Shown here: in pieces, positions 32,815 to 41,548 of the stretch
Position numbering within the stretch: the first letter of the stretch is position 1
How the letters are laid out: each line of letters starts with the position of its first letter
Source of the DNA: Octopus bimaculoides
Lineage: Eukaryota
Length of the DNA: 41,548 nucleotides
Assembly (NCBI RefSeq): GCF_001194135.2
Contig: NC_069004.1
Coordinates: 5,537,183-5,578,730 of the forward strand
Direction: 5' to 3'
Notes under the pieces: generated by a model
Databases searched by the model: none
What the model saw: the letters and a program-made list of their open reading frames with translations, nothing else
Told to the model about the DNA's origin: nothing
Translations under genes and position numbers: made by a program

Positions 32815-33133
32815 ATGTGATTTGAGGGAGATTAAGCTACTATCTCTTGCAGTCCAATTAGCCATGTAGATAGTCATTGACTGTGGTGTCCATTTCCAAG
32901 ATGTGATTTGAGGGTGATTAAGCTACTATTTCTAGCAGTCCAATTGACCATGTAGACAGTCATTGACTGTTGTGTCTGTTTCTAAGATGTGATTTGAAGG
33001 AGACTAAGCTGCTATTTCTAGCAGTCCAATTGACCATGTAGACAGTCATTGACTGTTGCGTCTGTTTCTAAGATGTGATTTGAGGGAGACTAAGCTGCTA
33101 TTTCTAGCAGTCCAACTGACCATGTAGACAGTC
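32815..33133 (+). repeat. 86-bp tandem repeat, 3.7 units, built on motif D
   Basis: Units start at 32815, 32901, 32987 and 33073 (ATGTGATTTGAGGGAGA.TAAGCT.CTATTTCTAGCAG...). Confidence 0.95.
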
Positions 33134-33436
33134 CGTTGTCAGCTTGTGATGATGTTTATTTCTGATGTTGCTGTTGTTGGTAATGGTTTTGTAGATGGCG
33201 GCTGTGGTGATGATAGGTATGAAGGTAGTATTGTTGATGGTGGCAGTGGTGGCAGCGGCACATGTGACATGCATGAGTGAATGCATGGCTGCACATCAGA
33301 GATTAAAGCTCTGAGATGTCATTATAGATTAGTTGTGGCTTGTTGCTTCCAGAAGTTGGTGAAAAAAAAAAAATGAAAGAATTTGGTAAGTGATTGTCTC
33401 CAAAATGTTAGGCGTTGCATTTCCATACACAGACAA

Positions 33437-33602
33437 GTGCAGGAATGGGCTGTGTGGTAAGAAGCTTGCTTCCCAGTCACATGGTTTCAGGTTCAGTCCT
33501 ACTGCATAGCACCTTGCCTCGGGCTGACCAAAGCTTTGTGAGTGGATATGGTAGATGGAAACTGAAAGAAGCCCATTATATATATACATATATATATATA
33601 TA
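33437..33602 (+). mobile_element. SINE family B 5' half with an approximately 20-bp deletion in the CORE-like segment
   Basis: GCACCTTG joins directly to CCTCGGGC; the element runs into an N-gap. Confidence 0.9.
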
Positions 33603-34202
33603 NNNNNNNNNNNNNNNNNNNNNNNNNNNNNNNNNNNNNNNNNNNNNNNNNNNNNNNNNNNNNNNNNNNNNNNNNNNNNNNNNNNNNNNNNNNNNNNNNN
33701 NNNNNNNNNNNNNNNNNNNNNNNNNNNNNNNNNNNNNNNNNNNNNNNNNNNNNNNNNNNNNNNNNNNNNNNNNNNNNNNNNNNNNNNNNNNNNNNNNNNN
33801 NNNNNNNNNNNNNNNNNNNNNNNNNNNNNNNNNNNNNNNNNNNNNNNNNNNNNNNNNNNNNNNNNNNNNNNNNNNNNNNNNNNNNNNNNNNNNNNNNNNN
33901 NNNNNNNNNNNNNNNNNNNNNNNNNNNNNNNNNNNNNNNNNNNNNNNNNNNNNNNNNNNNNNNNNNNNNNNNNNNNNNNNNNNNNNNNNNNNNNNNNNNN
34001 NNNNNNNNNNNNNNNNNNNNNNNNNNNNNNNNNNNNNNNNNNNNNNNNNNNNNNNNNNNNNNNNNNNNNNNNNNNNNNNNNNNNNNNNNNNNNNNNNNNN
34101 NNNNNNNNNNTATATAGCAATAAGAAAATGGAGGGGAATATGAGGTACTCATCAACTTGCAGACACTGTACTCTGTTGATTAATCCATTTATTTTACAAC
34201 TA

Positions 34203-34373
34203 AAAGGACAATAAAGACATTATATAGACACTTATGACATACTATGTCATATCAACAATTAAAATTTAAAATTTAAAAGGACATCTAGCAACCGAAGAAG
34301 GGACAAAATCTTACAGCTGTTTCGGCCTAGCGTTGGCATGCCCCATTCTATCTATATAGCTCCAATATGCTGG
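34203..34373 (-). mobile_element. Family I repeat (carries only the 3' half of the hammerhead)
   Basis: Homologous to 9322-9480. The minus strand reads CUAGGCC-GAA-ACAGCUGU-A-AGAUUUU at 34330-34305. Confidence 0.75.
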
Positions 34374-34391
34374 TATATATATATAAATGAA

Positions 34392-34443
34392 TTTCTCTGA
34401 AGAGCACCTTTAATAGCTGAAACAATCTGCACATTATTAGAAA
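34392..34443 (+). ncRNA. Degenerate type I hammerhead fold
   Basis: Stem I TTTCT/AGAAA; core CTGAAGA; 2-bp stem II GC/GC plus an extra T; GAAA; stem III ACAATCTGCACATTAT, two changes away from the palindrome ACAATGTGCACATTGT. Confidence 0.5.
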
Positions 34444-35560
34444 AGTTAGAAAAATAAATGTCATGTATTTTGTACTTAGTATTTTGCTTTTTTTTTTGTA
34501 TTTACTTGTCTAATGATTGGGTTCTCTTACACACACACACACATGAAATGTGCCCATGTACACACCACATGTGAATGCATGCATGCATGCATGCACTCAC
34601 AGACAGAGGCGCAGCTATTTTGTGATGTTTGTCGATGTTATGACTTTTGCATTGTGGTGAAGTGCATGTGTGTGTGTAGTAATAAAATGCAGAGTGATGT
34701 TTAGTGTATGGTGGTGGGTTTGGTGGGGGCAGTGGCGGTGAGGATAAGAGATGATGGTGGTGTTTGGGTGTGATTGGGGTGGGGTGGGGGTGTATGTAGT
34801 GGCATATGAAATGAGNNNNNNNNNNNNNNNNNNNNNNNNNNNNNNNNNNNNNNNNNNNNNNNNNNNNNNNNNNNNNNNNNNNNNNNNNNNNNNNNNNNNN
34901 NNNNNNNNNNNNNNNNNNNNNNNNNNNNNNNNNNNNNNNNNNNNNNNNNNNNNNNNNNNNNNNNNNNNNNNNNNNNNNNNNNNNNNNNNNNNNNNNNNNN
35001 NNNNNNNNNNNNNNNNNNNNNNNNNNNNNNNNNNNNNNNNNNNNNNNNNNNNNNNNNNNNNNNNNNNNNNNNNNNNNNNNNNNNNNNNNNNNNNNNNNNN
35101 NNNNNNNNNNNNNNNNNNNNNNNNNNNNNNNNNNNNNNNNNNNNNNNNNNNNNNNNNNNNNNNNNNNNNNNNNNNNNNNNNNNNNNNNNNNNNNNNNNNN
35201 NNNNNNNNNNNNNNNNNNNNNNGTGTGTGTGTGTGTGTGTGTGTGTGCGTACGTGTGTATGCATGTGTCAGTGTGTAAATGATGATATAAATGTTGAGTG
35301 TGTGCACGCGTGTATTTATTTATACGTGTGTGTGTAAGTGTGTGTGTGTGTGTGTGATAATGTGTATGTATGTGTTTGTCTGTGTGTGCATTGTATATGT
35401 TTGTATGTGCATGCTTGTATATATATATATGTGTGTGTGTGTGTTTGTCAGTGTGTATGCATTATGTGTGTGTGCATGTGTGCATATATGTGTGTGTGTG
35501 TGTGTGATAATGTGTATGCATTTGTTTATCAGTGTGGATGCATTGTATATGTCTGTATGC

Positions 35561-35596
<36 letters not shown>

Positions 35597-35880
35597 TTGT
35601 GTGTGTGTGTTTGTTTGTCAGTGTGTATGCTTGTGTAAGTGATGTTGGTTTGTGTGTGTGTGTGAGTGTGTATGTATGTACATATGTATGTGCTGTTTGT
35701 GTACACATGAAAAAAATGTGCAAGCACATATCTACATCTATAAAGTTGTCTGCATAGTGCATACATGCATGCATTTGCATGTGTGTGTGTGTGTGTATGT
35801 GTGCCTAGCTTTATATAATCCTAGGTCAGTATTGTTTTTCTTCTTGTTATTGTTTAGGTCAGGTCTCATCCAGTAGTCAT

Positions 35881-36052
35881 TCTGTTGTTGTTGTTGTTGT
35901 TTTTTTTAGCCCTAGGTCAATTGTGATCCAGCAAACAGAAAGCTTTATAGTGATATTAAATTCTCTTCCTCTACTTGACTGGTACATTAGTTTCCTCGAT
36001 CCAGGAGGATAAAAAAGGCAGCGCTGATCTATGTGGGATTTGAACTCGGAAC
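35881..36052 (-). mobile_element. Diverged SINE family A core with a family F tail and (CAA)n
   Basis: Minus strand GAGTTCAAATCCC...CCTTTTTTATCCTCCTGGATCGA...GTACCAGTCAA, then GCTGGATCAC...TGACCTAGGGCTAAA(CAA)n. Confidence 0.6.
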
Positions 36053-36082
36053 TTAAATATCACAATCAATTATATATGTTCT

Positions 36083-36366
36083 AGCATGTTCGTGTGATTA
36101 AGAGGTTCATTTCCCAACAACGAAGTTTCAGGTTCAATCCCATCGCATGGCCCCTTGGTTGTCTGCTACTATTGTCCCAGACTGACCAATGCCCAGTGAG
36201 TGAATTTGGTAGAAAGAAACTGTGAAGAAGCCCATCATGTATGTGTGGGTGTGTGAGTGTGTCCTTGTGTCTGTAGTTGTCCAACCCCTCCACCACGTGA
36301 CAACCGATGTTGGTTTGTTTACATCCCTGTAACTTAGCGGTTTGGTAAAAGAGATGGATAAAATAA
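36083..36366 (+). mobile_element. SINE family B, diverged head and 3'-truncated
   Basis: CAGGTTCAATCCC...GAATTTGGTAGAAAGAAACTG, a microsatellite, then GACAACCGATGTTGGTTTGTTTACATCCCTGTAACTTAGCGG. Confidence 0.85.
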
Positions 36367-37240
36367 TGTCAAATGTAATCCTTATTTATTCACATCGTTT
36401 TTGAATTAACCATGGATTATCTCACAGCTTTGAGAGTTTGATNNNNNNNNNNNNNNNNNNNNNNNNNNNNNNNNNNNNNNNNNNNNNNNNNNNNNNNNNN
36501 NNNNNNNNNNNNNNNNNNNNNNNNNNNNNNNNNNNNNNNNNNNNNNNNNNNNNNNNNNNNNNNNNNNNNNNNNNNNNNNNNNNNNNNNNNNNNNNNNNNN
36601 NNNNNNNNNNNNNNNNNNNNNNNNNNNNNNNNNNNNNNNNNNNNNNNNNNNNNNNNNNNNNNNNNNNNNNNNNNNNNNNNNNNNNNNNNNNNNNNNNNNN
36701 NNNNNNNNNNNNNNNNNNNNNNNNNNNNNNNNNNNNNNNNNNNNNNNNNNNNNNNNNNNNNNNNNNNNNNNNNNNNNNNNNNNNNNNNNNNNNNNNNNNN
36801 NNNNNNNNNNNNNNNNNNNNNNNNNNNNNNNNNNNNNNNNNNNNNNNNNNNNNNNNNNNNNNNNNNNNNNNNNNNNNNNNNNNNNNNNNNNNNNNNNNNN
36901 NNNNNNNNNNNNNNNNNNNNNNNNNNNNNNNNNNNNNNNNNNNNNNNNNNNNNNNNNNNNNNNNNNNNNNNNNNNNNNNNNNNNNNNNNNNNNNNNNNNN
37001 NNNNNNNNNNNNNNNNNNNNNNNNNNNNNNNNNNNNNNNNNNNNNNNNNNNNNNNNNNNNNNNNNNNNNNNNNNNNNNNNNNNNNNNNNNNNNNNNNNNN
37101 NNNNNNNNNNNNNNNNNNNNNNNNNNNNNNNNNNNNNNNNNCGGGGGTCTTTGTTGGTTCATGTCATTATGTTATTATATTATCTCGTCTCTGGGTCCAC
37201 AGTCCTCAGGGTCTCCTGTTCCTTTCTCTTAGCTGGTACT

Positions 37241-37282
37241 GTGTGATTTCAAGGAGGAGAGAGTTTGACTGCTATTTCTAGC
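37241..37282 (+). repeat. Motif D copy
   Basis: GTGTGATTTCAAGGAGGAGAGAGTTTGACTGCTATTTCTAGC. Confidence 0.7.
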
Positions 37283-37645
37283 CACTCAGGTGACTATGAT
37301 TACGGTGGTGGTACTTGGGATGTATGTGTGGTTCTGGTGATGGTTGCGTTAATGATGGCAGTAGTGAAGGTGGTGTTTGTTGTGGTAGCAGTTGAGGTAG
37401 TGCTGGTTGTAGTAGTGGTAGTGGTTGTGGTAGATGGTTGTGGTGATTGTGGTGATGGTTGTAGCACCAGTTGTGGTGCTGATGGTGACACTTCTAGTTT
37501 TATGGGCAACAGTGGTATGGTGGAGGAAAGGTGGGGGTAGTGGTGGCAGTAATAGTAGTAGTAGTTGTATTGGCTATGGTGGTATGATGGAAGGGGTTGG
37601 GGTAGTGATAGCAATGGTGGTGGTGCCGCCGCTGCTGCCACCATC

Positions 37646-37720
37646 ATTGTTCAGCTACAGGCCACAGTTCTGATCCAGCAAGCCTGCAATTAAAGATATC
37701 CCAGCTATGACCATCACACC
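37646..37720 (-). mobile_element. Family F tail module
   Basis: TGATCCAGCAAG...CCCAGCTATGACCATC is the reverse complement of the F consensus. Confidence 0.6.
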
Positions 37721-37783
37721 TTTTCATACCAACTCACCCTGCATTATCCAATCAACCCATTTCTATCATAATATAACCTGGGT

Positions 37784-37845
37784 GTGTGATTAGAGGTAGA
37801 TTTGGCTGCTATTTCTAGCAAGTTCAATTCATCACATGGTGGCTC
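37784..37845 (+). repeat. Motif D copy
   Basis: GTGTGATTAGAGGTAGATTTGGCTGCTATTTCTAGCAAG. Confidence 0.8.
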
Positions 37846-38039
37846 ACCCATTGATCTGTTGGCATTTCTTTTTTTTTTTTTTTGAAATAACTTCATGTGT
37901 AAATGGCTACATGTGTGCAATGTTTCACACATGGACAAAATAATTGTTTTTATTATTTTTATACTTATATATTTGATTGATGCAATCTGTTGGGGATATA
38001 ATCCCTCAATTTTCTTTATAGTCATTTAACTGCCTGCCT

Positions 38040-38050
38040 GTTTGTCTATC

Positions 38051-38120
<70 letters not shown>

Positions 38121-38350
38121 CCTATATTTCTCTATCTATCTTATCCATTTGTCTGTCTATCCACCTATCTTTTTTCATTCATCTATCTATCTGTCTGTCT
38201 GTCTGTCTGTCTATTTATCTGTCTATCTATCTATCAATCTATCTATCTATTTATCTATCTATGTCTATCTACCTATATTTATCTATCTATCTTTTTCCAT
38301 CTATCTATCTGTCTATCTATCTGTCTTCTGTCTATCTATCTATCTATCTG

Positions 38351-38399
<49 letters not shown>

Positions 38400-38581
38400 G
38401 TCTCTCTGTCTCTCTACCTATATTTCTCTATCCATCCATCTATCCATCCATCAATTTTTTAAATAATTTTGTTTGTTTTTCACCCCTCCCCCCTCAAAAA
38501 GAAAAACTCTACATTGTATTTGTCCCCTTTATGTTCAGCCCTGTGTGGCCAATAAAGATAGTTATCTACCTACCTACCTAC

Positions 38582-38627
<46 letters not shown>

Positions 38628-38654
38628 GTCTGTCCACCCAAGTTAGTCTATCTG

Positions 38655-38698
<44 letters not shown>

Positions 38699-38760
38699 TG
38701 GCATCTGTCTGTTTGTCTCTGTCTGTGGCTATCCATGTGTCCGCCTGTCTGTCCGTCTGC
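38040..38760. repeat. (TATC)n/(TGTC)n/(CT)n compound microsatellite
   Basis: Long TATC runs; the SIYL ORFs are artefacts. Confidence 0.95.
38481..38570 (+). mobile_element. Family G 3' fragment inside a (TATC)n tract
   Basis: AAAAGAAAAACTCTACATTGTATTTGTCCCC...AGCCCTGTGTGGCCAATAAAGATAGTTATCT. Confidence 0.85.
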
Positions 38761-41332
38761 TTGCCTGTCTGCCTGTCTGTTTGTCTGTTTCCTTCATCTC
38801 CTCAACATGTTAAAGAGATGGAAGAGGCAATCACAATAAACCATCGCCACTACCACCACGACCACCACCACCAACAACCTCCATAACAACATTAACTGCT
38901 CCAGTTATCCTCTATTTACTTTCACATCTCTCATTTAGTCTCATTTATTGCCTTGATTCAATAAAACTCCTTGATTACATTAACTGGCGGTGGTGGTCGT
39001 GGCCAGAGGTGAGGGGGATGGTGGAACAGACGATGATCATGGTGCTGGTGGCAGTGGTGGTTGTGATGATGTTGGTGATGGCTGTGATGATGATGGTGGT
39101 GGTGATGGTGATGGTGGTGGTGGTGGTAGTGGTATTCTTACCATCACTATGACCAGAGCAATGACAGCAACAACAGTTTGTTTCATCCTCATCATCATCT
39201 GCCTCCTCCTCATCATCATCATCTGCCTCCTCCTCCTCCTCCTCCTCATCATCATCTGCTTCATCCTCATCCTCATCACCACCACCACTTTCACCAATAC
39301 TACCACCACCATCATCATCACAACAACCATCAACACAGCCACATTCATCACCCCCCCATCACCACCACCATTATTGTCACTACTACCATCACTACTATCA
39401 TCATCATCATCATCATTGTCATCATCATCACCCTCACTAATACTACTACTACTGCTGCTGCTACTACTACCACCACTGCCACCACAACCAATGTTACCAC
39501 AATCATCACAACCGTCGCTGCCACCATCACCACCCTCACCTTTACCTTTGTCTCCACCACCACCACCATCATCATCATCATTTGTACCTCCTCTATCAAC
39601 ACTGCATTACATCTACCCCCACTGCCGCCTCCACCTTCGTTNNNNNNNNNNNNNNNNNNNNNNNNNNNNNNNNNNNNNNNNNNNNNNNNNNNNNNNNNNN
39701 NNNNNNNNNNNNNNNNNNNNNNNNNNNNNNNNNNNNNNNNNNNNNNNNNNNNNNNNNNNNNNNNNNNNNNNNNNNNNNNNNNNNNNNNNNNNNNNNNNNN
39801 NNNNNNNNNNNNNNNNNNNNNNNNNNNNNNNNNNNNNNNNNNNNNNNNNNNNNNNNNNNNNNNNNNNNNNNNNNNNNNNNNNNNNNNNNNNNNNNNNNNN
39901 NNNNNNNNNNNNNNNNNNNNNNNNNNNNNNNNNNNNNNNNNNNNNNNNNNNNNNNNNNNNNNNNNNNNNNNNNNNNNNNNNNNNNNNNNNNNNNNNNNNN
40001 NNNNNNNNNNNNNNNNNNNNNNNNNNNNNNNNNNNNNNNNNNNNNNNNNNNNNNNNNNNNNNNNNNNNNNNNNNNNNNNNNNNNNNNNNNNNNNNNNNNN
40101 NNNNNNNNNNNNNNNNNNNNNNNNNNNNNNNNNNNNNNNNNNNNNNNNNNNNNNNNNNNNNNNNNNNNNNNNNNNNNNNNNNNNNNNNNNNNNNNNNNNN
40201 NNNNNNCCTTCTTCCCCTCATCCTTTTCATCACCCCTTCTTCCCCTCTTCCTCCTCCCCTCCTCCTCATCATTGCTATGATGATGATGATGATGATGATC
40301 ATCATCATCATCATGGTTTTCCTCCTCCCCCTCTTCTCCTCCTCATCATCAACATCTACATTGTTCTCATCATCACCATCATCATAATCCTCATCTCCAT
40401 CATCCTCACCACCACCACCACCACCACCACCACCATCATCATCATCACTATCCCATCATCATCATCACTATCCCCATCATCATCAAAAGCCCCCTCCTTC
40501 TCGCTTTGCCTCCACCACCATTTCTTAACCTTCACACCTCTAATCTAGACAAATTGCGAAACAACTACTGCCACCACCACCACCACCACCATCAACACCA
40601 CTACCACCACCGCCATCATCATCATCATCATCACCACCATCATCATCATCACAACTAATCAATCAGTAAATCTAATTAACGTAATTTTATATCAGTCAGC
40701 TTAATTGTTTCCATTTTACTTGATGTGTGTTCAATGCATTGCATTCAATACACATATTTATATACACTTGCATGCGTGTGTATATATGTATATACATGTG
40801 TGTATGTGTGTGTAGTTGGAGTAAGGTGTGTGTGTGCATTTGAAGCTAGGTGTGTACGTATAGAAATGTCTGTGTGAGTTTGTGTTTGTATGTATGTATG
40901 TGTGGGTGTGTGTGTTTGTTGTGTGTGAATGTGTATATGATAACGTGTGTGTGTGTTTGTGTGCATGTCTGGACGTAGTTACGTGTATGTTTGTATAGCA
41001 ATAGGCATGTGTTTGTATGTGTATGTGTGAATGTAGTTGTGTGTGTGTGAGTATGTATATGATTGTGCCTACGTATAGGTGTAATTACCTGTGTGTTTAT
41101 GTGGCATTATGTATGTGTGCGTGCGTACATGTAAATGCGTAGCTGTGGCTACATGTATGCATGTACAAGAATGTGTGTTTAAATATAGATGTATGTATGT
41201 GTATATAACTAGGTGTGTTTGTGTGTGGATGCACCTGTTTGTATGCGTGTCCAAGAATGTGTGTGTGTATGTAGATATCTGTATGTGTATATATATATAT
41301 ATGTGTAGATATATGTATGTGTAACTGTATTT

Positions 41333-41548
41333 CATCATCATCATCATCCAGTTTTTTAAATCTGGGTTTTGTCCCCGTTAACGGGGGTGGCTGGATCTAC
41401 CTCAATGCCATAGCAACCGAGGTAGACAGGTGCAGCCCACCCCAACCTTTGGGCTGGCTGGTGCCAATTCTCCCTTGCTATCATGAGGCTTTTTTGGAGC
41501 TGGATTTTGTACAGGGAGCATGCCCTTCCTTACCCCCAACCTCAATTT
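41333..41548 (-). mobile_element. Retroposon family H with (GAT)n tail, running off the window end
   Basis: About 90% identical by manual count to 29537-29755. Confidence 0.85.

Noticed and set aside
32459-32820. Repetitive ORFs (MSAPSTLCQLHQP...)
   Set aside because: The unit is 20 bp, not a multiple of three, and the same peptides cycle through all frames.
52-41347. Nearly all ORFs in the supplied track
   Set aside because: They are translations of di-, tri- or tetranucleotide repeats (IY, HT, CV, SIYL, poly-H/V/M) or are inflated by N-gaps, with no recognisable domain.

Overview
Eukaryotic, repeat-dominated intronic or intergenic DNA from a gapped scaffold (12 N-runs). The interspersed repeat families look like those I recall from octopus genomes; this taxon assignment is inference. 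Most of the window is (TA)n, (CA)n, (GATA)n, (CT)n, (CAT)n and (CAC)n microsatellite, and nearly all listed ORFs are translations of these or of N-gaps. I sorted the interspersed repeats by eye into families with my own labels: tRNA-headed SINE families A, B and E; tail or retroposon modules C, F, G and H; a short motif D; and a ribozyme-bearing family I. There are also piggyBac-type TTAA MITEs, two mariner ends, a hAT-like end and two minisatellites. One plausible coding exon lies on the minus strand (16362-16715, phase 0/0, polyQ). The most notable signal is a set of type I hammerhead-ribozyme folds with palindromic stem III, typical of Penelope-like elements, at 1977(+), 2545(-), 9413(-) and 34392(+), plus a half copy at 34305(-). 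One family has an 87-nt loop II, and its intact consensus can be rebuilt from two copies 25 kb apart. All alignments and folds were done by eye, and none of the ribozymes is shown to be active.
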